A stretch of DNA of 64,000 bases from Octopus sinensis (GCF_006345805.1 NC_043008.1:15686001-15750000); one strand, 5' to 3'. Shown: positions 1-14,037, numbered from the stretch's first letter. Program-made: numbers and translations. The notes: a model not told the origin generated them from the sequence alone.

Positions 1-588
1 TGCTTTACACAGATATTAAATGTTCTCTTATTATATTTCAGCTTTTTTATTCCTATTAGCTCGGTAATTCGTTTGTCATGGCACGAAAAATCTTTTTACG
101 TATGGAAAATTTTCTCAAAATGTTTGAAAAACTAGACCGCATACATTTTACGTTAAGGGCCACGTTTCCGTGGCTTTGTTCTTAATGAAGGAAATTAACG
201 TGTCATATCGCCTAATTTTGAGAAGCTGTCTAACACCCCATCCCTGTACATGATATTGTGTCTTATACTCTCGAAATATGCACATGTTTGTAAGATAGTT
301 CTACTTCAGGTCCTTTACTGCGTTCTATATTATAATACCGAGTAACATACATTTTACGGTATCCTCTTTTAATACACCTAATCTAAATGTTGTATATTCA
401 TTTCCATAGGACGTCAGTAGCTACCAGTCTTTATAAGACTATTTAAATCTTTTTCAGATAAATTCCAAGATCATTTTGAAAACAGCGATCGTTGAAAATC
501 TTATTGGACCGATGCCTATTTAAGCCAATACATCAGACCCTGCAATTCTCATATTTATTCCCAATTCTACAGTTTGAAGTTAATCTTG

Positions 589-735
589 TCTTATTCTTTT
601 TAAGCCTAGTACTTATTCTATCGTTCTATTTTGCCGAACCGCTAAGTTACGGGGACTAACACACCAGCATCGTTTGGCAAGTGATGTTGGGAGGACAAAC
701 ACAGACACACAAACGTATACACACACACACGCACT

Positions 736-770
<35 letters not shown>

Positions 771-913
771 GACGGGCTTCTTTCAGTTTCCGTCTTACCA
801 AATACACTCGAGGCATTGGTCGGCTCGAGGTTATAGTAGAATACACTGTGGGACTGATCCTGGAACCATGTGGTTGGTAAGCAAGCTACTTACCACACAG
901 CCACTTCTATGCC
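589..913 (-). mobile_element. SINE family A (tRNA head, CORE-like body, internal TA/CA microsatellite), 3'-truncated
   Basis: Reverse complement matches the GGCGCAGGAGTGGCTGTGTGGTAAG... head and body seen in many other copies in the window. Confidence 0.85.
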
Positions 914-1200
914 TAAGGTTTCCCAAATATTATTGTCCTCATCGTTTATACATGAGAAAAGATGATGTGTTGAATCATGGCAGTCAATATGCGAAAACTA
1001 CCAATACTGTAATTATGAGGAATCCTATCTCGGTAGCGACATGGATAATGAAGACCAACGTTTGTAAGGTTTATATTGTTATCCGGGGAACATATAAGCA
1101 TCAAGTAACAACAAAGAAGTAAACAAATAAACACTTAAGAGAACACTCGGCTAAAATATTTTCCGATCAGTTCCCTCTCTTGCCACATTGTGTTTTTCAG

Positions 1201-1437
1201 AAAGTGAGATATGATAAAGTACAAAATGTGACCAAAACTTTATGATATAAACAAGCATTAACCGTAACGACTCAGCTTCACGTTTGAGATGGAAATAGAT
1301 GGAGTTTTGAGACTATACTCTTTCTTGAGACGGACAACATAGGGGAAATATTTGCATCATTTACAGAATCAACAGTCAAGATAACAGTAATAGTTGCTGA
1401 TTTCGAATCGGCTCTTGACCTCACACTATATTGTCAG
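1201..1437 (+). pseudogene. Candidate phase 0-0 exon (79 codons) with two in-frame TGA, product unknown
   Basis: Acceptor ...ttgtgtttttcag| and donor cag|gtaaat; frame reads KVRYDKVQNVTKTL*YKQ...LHV*DGNRWSFETILFLETDNIGEIF...LDLTLYCQ. Confidence 0.3.
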
Positions 1438-1494
1438 GTAAATGAAAATGAATTAATTCACTGTAAATACTCGCTCCTATGTATTGCGAACTCA

Positions 1495-1495
1495 A

Positions 1496-1579
<84 letters not shown>

Positions 1580-1763
1580 AATCAATCAATGTATGTATGT
1601 ATGTATGTATGTATGTATGTATGTATGTATGTATCTATCTATCTTTCTACCTGTCTGTCTGTCTGTCTATCTATCTCTATATGTATGTATGTATGCATCT
1701 ATCTGTCTGTCTATGTATGTATGTATGTATGTATCTATCTAATCTATCTATCTATCTATCTAA

Positions 1764-1848
<85 letters not shown>

Positions 1849-1985
1849 TATATATATATATCAACAATTGAGGGTAAATATTATATATATATATATATGT
1901 CTGTCTGTTTGTATGTATGTCTCTCTCTCTCTCGCTTTCTCTCTCTCTCGCTCTCTCTATCTCTATCTATATGTATATTTATATC
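1495..1985. repeat. Compound microsatellite (TATC)n/(TATG)n/(TA)n/(TC)n
   Basis: Directly visible. Confidence 0.97.
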
Positions 1986-3142
1986 ATATCAACCAAGCTG
2001 TTCGCCTGCTGTATTAAAAGCACCGGGGTCCTTCCTCCAACCAGACAACATCTCACTCTTAGTTATGTCCTCAGATCACATGAGACTCAATTATAGTGTC
2101 GCTTATATCTTTGAGACAATATGGTGCTAAATTATGTTAAAATATGTTAAAATCGCTGACCGAAACGTAATAGTAACCCATTCGCCTATTTGGCAAACGC
2201 CCAATCACGAAAAGACATCGTCATATAATTAGCATGTGTTCTCTTTCTTTCCTCTATCTTCTGTAGCTATTTCAATGATTTTATGCCGCTTTTGCACTAG
2301 CTTACTTCATTACATCTACACGAAATCTCCCTTCTCCCACTAGATTTCTGCTTTCATTAGATTTACAGCGATTCGGCACGCAAACACTGCAAATTTCTTT
2401 CTCATTCCCCCTATCCTCTATCTTCTCACGGTTCACGTTTGTTCTTTTAAGACTGTACTACAAAGATTCTCACCGAACATCAACTGCATCAAACTTTGCT
2501 ATTCTGAGTGATACGCACAAAGCTCATGTGTACCGTCTTCAATGGACTTAAACATCTACAACGATTGGCTGGAGGCTTATAGAAATTTTATGGCTCATTC
2601 ATATGTTAATATTTATCGGTTTACAACTTTAGATCTATTGATCATTCAAAGATGCTTACGATAAATAGATACATACGTGTATATGTATGCATATATATAT
2701 ATATAATATATTATATATATATATATATATATATTATATAAATAATATATATATATATATATACATATATATATGTATATATGTATATATATGCATATAT
2801 GTAAATTATATATGTATATGTATATATATATTATATATACACACACTCACACACACCACAAATATACACTTGTTTACATACGTACGTACATACATACACA
2901 TATGTGAATTACATCAGTGTATGTGTTTCCTGTTTGTATGGATATTTCCCTCTTTCTTTCTCTTTCTCTCTCCCGCGTCTTTCTTTCCATGTGTGCATAT
3001 ATACATACATACAGATATCATACATACATACATACATGCATATGTGTAATATATAGTATATGTAATATATATATGCATATATCTACATACTTATATATAT
3101 ATATATATATATGAATATATATATGCATATATATATATATAC

Positions 3143-3198
<56 letters not shown>

Positions 3199-3612
3199 TA
3201 CATATATATATATACTTATATATACATATATATATATATAAATATGTGTGTGGGTTTGTTGCATGTGCGTGTGTCTGTGTACGCATTCATGCACACTTAA
3301 TTTCCTGTGTATCTATTGTTTAAATGTTTGTGAGATTCTATTTTGTGTACAGTTGTGTCGAGTTGTTGTGCGTCTGTGTGCGTGTTGTGAATGCATACAA
3401 CAACAACCATCTGTGAGGTGTATCAGTTGTGAATCGTACCACACAACGATATACAAAGATGTATTGCTTATACCTCGATTAAATCTTGCTTCCCGCTTCG
3501 AACTACATTCGTACAAGCTATTAACCCCTTCATGAAACATAGGATGTTCAGTATTTCAAAGTTTATATTTCATTCCTGATAATTTGAGGTCCTCATATTA
3601 TTACTATTTCAG

Positions 3613-3789
3613 AGGAATGGCCAGTACACATCATCTATAATAGGCTTCGGAGTCTGATGGAGAAAACTAGGAAATCATCATTATGCTGAAGACCTTATCT
3701 GTTTACTTGTGACACACCCAATCCGTGAAACGCAGCCATTGTCAATGTGATTCAGTTATGCGGACTGGTGATTTAGAATTACTACTGAA
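3613..3789 (+). pseudogene. Candidate phase 0-0 exon (59 codons) with three in-frame TGA
   Basis: Acceptor ttactatttcag| and donor gaa|gtaagc; no TAA or TAG in the phase-0 frame. Confidence 0.25.
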
Positions 3790-3891
3790 GTAAGCAACTG
3801 TAGAATTTGAACTTAGGAGAAAATTAGATAAGGATAAATGGGAGAGTGTGTGGGGAGACAGAGGGGATGGACGTTTGAGAGAGAGAAACTG

Positions 3892-3924
<33 letters not shown>

Positions 3925-4150
3925 ATTTTAAAAAAAGGAACTGGAGAACTACGTTGCGTAGAAACAATTGTAGTGGTTGTAAAGAAATATCCAAGCCTAC
4001 ACTTCAGTTATATGTTCACACACGAAAGAAGTCCATAAGCAAACCTGGAAATACTTATGCTACTACTACTGGATAGTTCAGGGTCAAATCTGCAGATGGG
4101 CGAGCTATATACTGTACTCTAGTACATTCTTAACAGAATATACCATAGCA

Positions 4151-4181
<31 letters not shown>

Positions 4182-4476
4182 GTAATACTAAATAATATAT
4201 ATATATATACATGTATGCGTATGTGTATGTGTGTGTGTAGCGTAAGGTAAAGTAACAACCTATGAAAGTACAGAGTAACTAATGGAATTTGCGGCGCATA
4301 TTAATGGCTGTCTGTTAAATGCGTGGGTAATGGTAAGATATGTCTAAAACCTTCAGAGAAAGTTATTACCAACAAACCAAAGACAATATGTGATAAAATT
4401 ACAAAATAACAAAATATACTACGCATACAAACACACATGCATCTGTTCATATATATTCACAGATTTATGTGTGAGT

Positions 4477-4519
<43 letters not shown>

Positions 4520-4926
4520 ATATATATATATATAATAGAGAGAGAGAGAGAGAGAGCGGGAGATAGATAGATAGATAGATAGATATAAATATAGACATAT
4601 AGATAAATAGAGACAGATAGATATATAACTGTATATATGTGTGTGTGTGTTTATAAATTATATATATTTACATTTAGTTATATTATATATGTATGTATAT
4701 ACATATTTATACGTGTTTATACACACACACACACACACACGCATACATACATACATACATACATATTATATATATATATATGTCCCTCTTGTTTCAGGTT
4801 ACCGTTACACACATATGTATCAAAGACTCCCACTATAACCAACAAACAAATATAAATGCTTCATGCCAAGAGACAGGAAAACATTGGTCATAAAAATCGA
4901 GAATACTAACAGAAACAAAATATCAA

Positions 4927-5300
4927 TCAGCTAAAATACTGTCGACAAAACCGCCTCATCCCAAGGGAAATAACTGCACTACTTTTGGAAAAACAACATT
5001 TCCAGAATTCTATGATGTCTTTCATTAATAACGAAAGGACCTCTACGGAAGACCGGCCCATTGAAAACGCTATACGCGAACCCAAATCTTCTATTGATTT
5101 GTAAAAATGAATAGGACTACAGTTCAACTACCGCCCACCGATGGATGAACGTACCATTCTTTGCAATGATGTTAAGTTTATGGGGAAGGTTCTACCGAAG
5201 CAATACATTACTGCATAAGGTGATTTGAATGTGTCTGATTTCGGCAGTATTGATGTAATAAATCCTCAAACTTTTTCCCCCTGGCATAACAGTTAGAACA
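4927..5300 (+). mobile_element. Degraded LINE APE-endonuclease fragment
   Basis: A single frame with stops contains YRPP (5129) and GDLN (5219), spaced as in LINE endonucleases. Confidence 0.45.
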
Positions 5301-5334
5301 GCAATCCTCATTGCTGAAATTAATGAAATTATCA

Positions 5335-5563
5335 CTCTTTACTCTTTTACTCTTTTACCTGTTTCAGTCATTTGACTGCGGCCATGCTGGAGCACCGCCT
5401 TTAATCGAGCAACTTGACCTCGGGACATATTCTTTTGTAAGCCCAGTACTTATTCTATCGGTCTCTTTTGCCGAACCGCTAAGTAACGGGGACATAAACA
5501 CACCAGCATCGGTTGTCAAGCAATGCTAGCGGGACAAACACAGACACACAAACACACACATGC

Positions 5564-5594
<31 letters not shown>

Positions 5595-5760
5595 TACCAC
5601 GGGCTTCTTTCAGTTTCCGTCTACCAAATCCACTCACAAGGCTTTGGTCGGCTCGAGGCTATAGTAGAAGACACCTGCCCAAGGTGCCACGCAGTGAGAC
5701 TGAACCCGGAATCGTGTGGTTGGTAAACAAGCTACTTACCACACAGCCACTCCTGCGCCT
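5335..5760 (-). mobile_element. SINE family A, full length
   Basis: Complete head, body, internal microsatellite and (GTAAAAGA)n tail. Confidence 0.92.
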
Positions 5761-5822
5761 AGGTACTTTTTTGTCAGGAAAATAAATATTTTATAGTACA
5801 TGAGTAAAGAACAAAATAATAA

Positions 5823-6280
5823 TTTTTAACACTAAAATAAAAGCGGTGTTATTGTATGGGTCTGAGACATGGCGAACAACAGTTAAGTCAAATAAGCAAA
5901 TACAATCATTCATCAACAGATGCTTGCGTAGTATACTTAAAATTAGATGGCCCGAATACATAAGCAATATGCAGTTATGGCAAAGAACAAATCAAATTTC
6001 GATTAGGGAGCAAATATTTAAGAAAAAGTGGAAGTGGATTGGTAGCACAATTAGAGAAAATGCACCAAATGTAGCGAAAAGTGCTTTACAGTGGAAACCG
6101 GATGGATATAGAAGGAGAGGTAGGCCTAAGAACTCGTGGCGGAGATCAACACAAAAGGAAATAGAGAAAGGGGGGCATTCATGGCAGAAAAAAAGTATAG
6201 AAGCAAAATTTATGCAACATGGAATTCAACTATAAGTGGTCTATACTCTGCGTTGGAAGGTTAAAGGAAGAAGAAGAAGA
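5823..6280 (+). mobile_element. RTE-clade LINE, 5'-truncated (RT C-terminus and GAA tail)
   Basis: VLLYGSETW...RCLRSIL.IRWP..ISN...WIG...RRRGRPKNSW motifs; (GAA)n tail at 6267-6280. Confidence 0.9.
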
Positions 6281-6623
6281 GTCTATGTGTATTCATCTCT
6301 GTTTTGTGTATGTTTACACAACTCTTTGGTCCTTAATCTCACAACCAGTCATTAGCTGACTCCTCTAATATATATGACCTAACCATATTCTTCATTGTTT
6401 GGTTATTGTTGTCATTATAATTTTATTCTGGTTTGAGAGGGGTCTTTCCTACATCAATGGCTATAGAGATAGATTGTTCGACAGAAATAAAAAAGAAATA
6501 TGTATATTATACAAAAGTAGGTAGTCAGAATTTTGTATTATTTATTCTTAGTGTTTTTGTCTTATTCTCGGAAACACCTCAAACATGTTATATATGTATG
6601 CATATAGATGTATATATACATAC

Positions 6624-6666
<43 letters not shown>

Positions 6667-6964
6667 TATGTATATATATATATACATATATATATATGTC
6701 ACAAACGGCGATATACATGCTCGTTTTTCTATTGAAAATATTCACAATGAACATGAATCTATAATTAAATTGCCATATTCAAAAGCAGCGGATAGTGATA
6801 TATTCCTTATAGGCGGTCAGTCATATGTGATGAATTTCATTTCACCACTTTGTGGATCAGGATTGTATTCCATGGCATATTTCCTTACTATCCTGTTGTC
6901 TGCTACATTTTCGGGTCGAGCAATTCGCGATGGGTGGATGGTCATTGATAGATTTCCCAGTTTG

Positions 6965-7041
<77 letters not shown>

Positions 7042-7054
7042 GTCTGTCTATCTG

Positions 7055-7085
<31 letters not shown>

Positions 7086-7256
7086 GTCTATCTACCGTTT
7101 TATACATTTGTCTACCATCTATTTATCGTTCTCTGTCCCCCTCTCTGATTATTATTATTAATATCATATATATGTATGTGTGTTTGTGGGTGTATATATA
7201 TTACATATATAAATGTGTATATGTATGTATACGTATATATATAAATGTAGTTGTGT

Positions 7257-7294
<38 letters not shown>

Positions 7295-7297
<3 letters not shown>

Positions 7298-7460
7298 CGC
7301 AGGAGTGGCTGTGTGGTAAGTAGCTTGTTTACCAACTACATGGTTCCGGGTTCAGTCCCACTGCGTGGCACCTTGGGCAAATGTCTTCTACTATAGCCTT
7401 GGGCCAACCAAAGCCTTGTGAGTGGATTTGGTAGACAGAAACTGAGAAGCTCGTCGTATG

Positions 7461-7508
<48 letters not shown>

Positions 7509-7726
7509 ATATGCGTGTGTGTGTTTGTGTATCTGTGTTTGTCCCCCTAGCATTGCTTGACAACCGATGCTGGTGTGTTTATGTCCCCGTTACTCAGCTG
7601 TTCGGCAAAAGAGGCCGATAGAATAAGTACTGGGCTTACAAAAGAATAAGTCCCGGGGTCGAGTTGCTCGATTAAAGGTGGTGCTCCAGCATGGCCGCAG
7701 TCAAATGACTGAAAAGAGTAAAAGAG
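7295..7726 (+). mobile_element. SINE family A, full length
   Basis: Matches family A from head to tail. Confidence 0.92.
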
Positions 7727-8258
7727 TATATATATATATATATACATATCTATATGTGTACATGTATATAAAAATACATTCATTGTACATACATAATGTA
7801 CAATACATATATGCATGGCCGAAACTTAGAAGTCACTATCAATACTAAGTGAAATTAAATGTGTACTCTACCAAATGTATTGAATAATCTTTCCTTTAAT
7901 GTAAAATATTTTTATTAAATAAAAAGCAAGCATTAATATTTATATATATATATCTATATATATACAATGTATGTGTATGTATGTATATATGTATGTATAT
8001 ATGTATATATGTACAAAAACAGACACGTGCACACATTTTGTAACACTGACATATTTTGGGGAGGAGGCGTGAAATTATTGCAACTGAATTGAGAATTCAG
8101 AAAATTAAATTCTGAATTAGTTTCATATTGATATAAAATGATATCGGTTCTCGAAATACAAAATTGCTCTGTCAGCTTCAATATTTTTTAGATTCTTTAT
8201 CTATTGTGTATTATGTGGTCCAATTAATTAAGAATAATTTCAGTCTCATGTCTGTATT

Positions 8259-8458
8259 AAGGCGGCAAGCTGGCAGAAAAGTTAGCACGTCAGGCGAAAT
8301 GCTTACCGGTTTTCGTCTGTCTTTATATTCTGAGTTCAAATTCCGTCGACTTTGCCATTCATCCTTTCGGGGGAGATAAATTAAGTACCAGTTGTGTACT
8401 GGTTTCAATCTAATCAACTGCCCTCCCCCCGCATTTTTTGCTTTGTGCCTGGAGTAGA
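8259..8458 (+). mobile_element. SINE family B (tRNA head, Meta-like GCCTTTCATCC...GGGGTCGATAAA..AGTACCAG body), degraded
   Basis: AAGGCGGCGAGCTGGCAGAA head and GAGTTCAAATTCC B-box. Confidence 0.8.
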
Positions 8459-8989
8459 AAATAATCTCATCTCATATCTGTATTATTCCTGCGATTCACG
8501 CTTTTTACTCTGAAAAATGTATTGTCGTTCAGAAGGAACGTAAAGCCGCCAAAATATAAGTGCCTACATTTAATTTTGTTTCCGAAATTCTGAACTTTAA
8601 TCATAGATTAAAATTGTAAATTGACAAAAATGCAAATAAAGCAAATAATAAATAATATTAATTTTGTTTACTTTATGAAAGGAGTTAAAAAATTTCAATC
8701 ACTATTACCAGTATCTTTTCAGAAATAACTGTGGAAGCATCCACGATTCTAATTCACAAGATAAACAAACAATGCTTTCGAGAAATGAAAACACAAATCT
8801 ATAATAATGAAGTTCAATGTCCTACTTTTAAGCATTGCTCGTCTCGCTTACACATGGCCATGCGTATTTTTGTGAATTCCAGGATATATTTTCTCTGATT
8901 TCCAATCCCGCGCTTATAAGTCTCAAAACGGCAAGTCTCTATGAAAAGTGAAAGATTTTCCTCACAGTACCATTATTTTGCTCTTTTTC

Positions 8990-10290
8990 TGAAATCTAAA
9001 ATCTCTCGATATTAGTGTTTTTTAAGCAAAGATACTTTCAAATTTGTGAACAATTGAAAGATATTGAGCTTGTATATCTCTATACTAACTCTACCAGGAA
9101 AATCTATTCCGTACTCACATCTAAGTGTATGTAAAGCTAAGCCGAAGGAGGGCCGGAACAGGTCAGAATTTGGGCTCGTTGCCAGAAGGAGGGCCGGAAC
9201 AGGTCAGAATTTGGGCTCATTGCCATACTACTCCATTTTGTTTGAAGATTATTTTACAAATGTTTCAAATAAGGACAATTATTTAGTGTTCATTCCAACT
9301 GTACTAATTTTAATTTAGTTTGTATAAATATATTTCTTTCATTTGGTATTTAAAGCGACAGAGCTGTAAAGATTTGAAATGAATTTGACCTGTTTCTGCT
9401 GTATCAATTTTGTCGAAATATGCATACCACAGAGATTTTGACGAGGTCTATAATTGTTTTTATTTAAATATAATTTAAAGAAAAATGTTAAGGGGATAAG
9501 AAACCATTATGTTTAGAATGTATTTGTTCTACCATTTCGTCAATATATATCATATCATAGATTATACTTGACCAAATGATATATCAAAATGTAACGGAAC
9601 ACAAGTACTTTTCAATGAACTGCAAGTAATTTGGCCCAGAATTGAATTAGCTATAGGGTGTAGAATTGGTTGCAAAGAAAGTAAATGCCTAACGTAAGAA
9701 TATTCTCCACCATGTTTCGTTGATGAGTAATCCGACGTAGTTTATATAATATTGATATTATGGATAGCTATGCTTAACAGCCAAAATCAATGACGTTGAT
9801 GCTCTGACATGTTATTCTGCTTTAGTAGTCATGGAAATGTCTTAATTGTTTAAACATTTGTAAGATAGCCATCTTCAAAGAAAACTCAGTAAATAGCTTA
9901 GGGACAACTAACTTATTTGTAATTCAGATGACATCATTCTTGCATCCGTTTGATTGTCTGCTATATAAACATTCTTCTAAAATACAATATTCTTTTCGGA
10001 ACGCCAGAGGTTTCATATGTTTAATTAAAATGCAGTAGAAATATTCATGGGATCTATGGAACATAGCAGAATCAGCTATACTTCTCTTCAATTTTCTCTT
10101 GCTGCCACAGTGGATATTATTCCTGTAGTCTTAAAGAATTCCTTAGATCGAACATTCAAACAGAACATTTTCTATAGGAATAGTCAAATGTAGTATATAT
10201 TTACTTTTCTCATTTAGAAATGAATGAATCACTAATGGATTTTTCTTCAACATTTCGTTAGAAGTGCATGCATAATTAGATCAGTTACGA
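8990..10290 (+). pseudogene. Possible degraded LRR-containing coding fragments
   Basis: Short frames such as LKDIELVYLYTNSTRKI and KINDVDALTCYSALVVMEMS resemble the LxxLxLxxNxL pattern; frameshifted and stop-interrupted. Confidence 0.2.
9141..9224. repeat. About 41-bp direct tandem duplication
   Basis: GAAGGAGGGCCGGAACAGGTCAGAATTTGGGCTC occurs twice. Confidence 0.95.
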
Positions 10291-10329
10291 AGGTCATATT
10301 AGAAACGAATTGATTCTTCTCATATAATT

Positions 10330-10708
10330 CTTTTACTTGTTTCAGTCATTTGACTGTGGCCATGCTGGAGCACCGCCTTTAGTCGAGCAAATCGACCCGA
10401 GCACTTATTCTTTGTAAGCCTTGTACTTATTCTATTGTTCTCTTTTTCCGAATCGCTAAGTTACGGAGAGGTAAACACACCAGCATCGGTTGTCAAGCGA
10501 TGTTGGGGGTACAAACACAGACGCACACATACATATATATATACGACGGACTTCTTTCAGTTTATGTCTACCGAATCCACTCATAAGGCTTCGGTCGGCC
10601 CAAGGCTATACTAGAAGATATTTGCCCAAGGTGCCACGCAGTGGGACTGAACACAGAACCATGTGGTTGCTAAGCAAGCTACTTACCCCCACAGCCACTC
10701 CTACGTCT
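10330..10708 (-). mobile_element. SINE family A
   Basis: Matches family A. Confidence 0.88.
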
Positions 10709-10829
10709 ATAAGTGAAGTTTTGTTAACATTTTTATTTTGGTGATGGTGAGACAAGATGGCTGGAGTCCCTTGTACTCGTTACCTTATTCATAGGTAAAT
10801 ACAACATTTATCCTTTATACACACATTTA

Positions 10830-11250
10830 TCTTTTACTTTCTACTTGTTTAAGTCATTAGAATGCGCCCATAGTGGAGCACCACCTTGAAGAACGATTAA
10901 TTCCGGGTTCATTCCCACTGTGAGGTACATTTGGCAAGTGTCTTCTACTACAGCCTCGGGCCGACCATAGCCTTGGATTTGGTAGACGGAAACTGAAAGA
11001 AGCCCATAGTATATATGTATATATATGTGTATATGTGTATATATGTTTGCGTGTCTGTGTTTGTCTCCCCAACATTGCTTGATAGCCGATGCTGGTGAGT
11101 TTATGTCCCCGTCACTTAGCGGTTCGGCACAAGAGACCAATAGGATAAGTACTAGGCTTCTAAAGAATAGGTATTGGGATAGATTTGCTCGCCTAAAGGC
11201 GGTGCTCCAGCTGGCCGCAGTGAAATGACTGAAACAAATAGAAGAGTAAG
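10830..11250 (+). mobile_element. 5'-truncated SINE A (10900-11250, +) preceded by an inverted SINE A tail (10830-10892, -)
   Basis: Tail motif present in both orientations. Confidence 0.75.
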
Positions 11251-13430
11251 AGTAATAGTAAAGACTAATGATATAAGATTTACAACTCGTTCTGCGTATC
11301 TGAAAAACAGAATTTAATGTAGGATGAACGAAAATTTATAAATAAAAATGAAAATAATAAAGAATATAGGAAAATATAATAGCGTAACTATAGCAACATA
11401 ACATTAATGACAAGAAAAAAATGTAACTCTGGATATGACACATTCCATGCAATAAGAAATCTCCTGAACAGAACAAAACGATATTTAAAAGGAATAAATT
11501 AAGGATTGTCGTTATACAAATTATAACTAGGGGGACAATTGAATGAACATAAATATAAAGATCTTGTGAATGTAATCAATAATACAAAGATAAGCTTCAA
11601 CGAATTAACAGGAAGAGAATATGGAAGGTATAGAATATGGATGATAGAAATAAAAATCCACTATTAAATTTACAACAAAATGCGGAGTAACAAAACACGG
11701 TAATATTTACTGCGCTGCTTAGAATTCTACATGAAAAAGCCAAGGAAATAATTTATACAAGACGTAGTGCTTGGGGAATACAGAAAGAAAACTTCGCTTG
11801 CATAAGAACATAGATAATGTTTCTACTTAACTATATAAGAAAATAGATAATGTGTATACCTAAATACTAAGAATTGCTAACCATCAGTTGATTAGAAACT
11901 AGAAAAATACAAACCACTTATACAATAAATAGATTCACAGTTATTAGACCAAGAAAGAAAATTCTCGAAACCACTATATTAATATTTAGATTTTATATTA
12001 CACCAGCATCAACAGGAGGGAAAGCATGTAACTGTAAGGTCTCAGAATTTCGGAACAAATATGTATTAAATCTAAGAGCGGAATAATTCGTAACTATAAA
12101 GCATCATAGGAAAATATGCAATTAAGCAAGCGAAAATATTTATGCAAATTTGGTTTTGCTTTTGAATATTCATGACACAGGGTAAAATATAAAAACAAAG
12201 GTCTATGATATATTATCCTTCATATATTTTTATCATGCAGGTGCAACATATATTTTCTGGAACTTTTGGTTTCAAATCTTTTCTGGATTAATTACTTTTC
12301 CGAATCTGTGTTTTTCACCTTAGTCAAAATTAACGTCATTAAATATTCCCTTAAATAATTAAATGAAATTCAAATATATGTACGTTAGTCGAAATTAGTG
12401 TGAATAATAGGAGGTTTCAGACCACTAGTGTGCAGATACTCGGAGTTATATCTGCATTACAACGATTACGAGATTTTGGAATGGTATGTCCATAATTTAC
12501 ATAAAAGAAAGATTAAAAACTAAGTTTTGAGAGAAAATTTAACGTCTCTCTTCTCTTTCTATGAGTAGAGTGAGTTAAGTTAATCACTTATTTTGTACTG
12601 ATATCGTGAATCTTTTGTTACATAAACTCAGTCACATATTTCTGTTAACAGACTTATAAATGCTGGAAAAAATTCTTGTTCCAAAACCAGACATTGAATG
12701 AGAAAATTAACGGAACACCTAATGTGAGTTGAAATGATGCATTAAAAGAACATTAAAAGTCCATTCAAATAATTTCAAGCCGCGGAGACTGGCATACAAG
12801 TTAAATCCAGTATAAAATAATACAATCGTAAATTAAGAGATAGTAAAGAACAAAATAGTTGTGTATCCTAATACTTAATTTGGGAAAATCATGAAAAACA
12901 GAAGCATTTAGAACCGAAAAAAAGTGGTATAAATTGGAAAGTATTGGAAAAACCTGAAAATATTATTCTGTGGGAACACAAACATAGGACTATATGAAGC
13001 CTTAATTAAATATTAGCAACATGTCCTTAGTTTGAATACAAGTTATAAGTTATGTATAAATTATGTATATATTATGCAATAACACTCAGAATTCACAAAT
13101 TATGGAAAACCTATATAGGAAAGCATACAAGCATACGTAACACACACACATACTCACAAACATATATATATATATATATATGTGTGTGTGTATGTGTGTG
13201 TGCATATGTATATGTATTTATGTGTAAAACTGAATAAGATACAGTGAACAAGAAGGACTACGGTTAGACAGTTATTTTTTAATCACTACACATGTTACCA
13301 TGCAACACCTTTTTTCATATATACGGGTATTTTGTTATGCAATGGTTTAACTATATATTGGGATCCAGTTGTATTTCTCCAGGAGATATTCAGTTGCTGT
13401 CTACGGGAATATACCTTAAATATATTCATG

Positions 13431-13520
<90 letters not shown>

Positions 13521-14037
13521 GCATGTGTGTTTATGTACATAGCTATGCATCTATATATATATATATAACACTCGCATGTGTGTGTTCGAATACATGCACA
13601 ATGACTCGAAACACACTTTATACAGAAAATCCCGCTTTATCCTAGTGTAATCTTTGCATGAAGATTTAATTTTGTGTTTTCATATGGGATCCTCACTGTT
13701 GCTTTAGAGCAGTAAAATTCCCAAATCAATCGAGTTTTATTTCAAACTGTTGTGTGGCAGTTTTCCATTGAATTTAGCGTGGCGCTCCTTTGCGAGTAAA
13801 GATTCCATCGAGAGTTGTGATGAATTGAATTTTTTTCATTTTGTAACTACTGTATTTTGGAATCTGACAGCCTAACGTTCACTCAGATACAAACGCATCT
13901 TTATGTACAGTTACCTACGTATGTACGTGGATATATGAATGATATAAAAAAAAATCAGTATTATTCTATGCTCGGCGGATTAATCGTCAACCGACAATTT
14001 TATAAAAAAATATATTCACATAATTTATTCTATTATG

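Noticed and set aside
4056-4125. LLLLDSSGS (vWA-like) and an alternative GPCR TM3-like frame
   Set aside because: Too short, stop-bounded and mutually exclusive; likely chance
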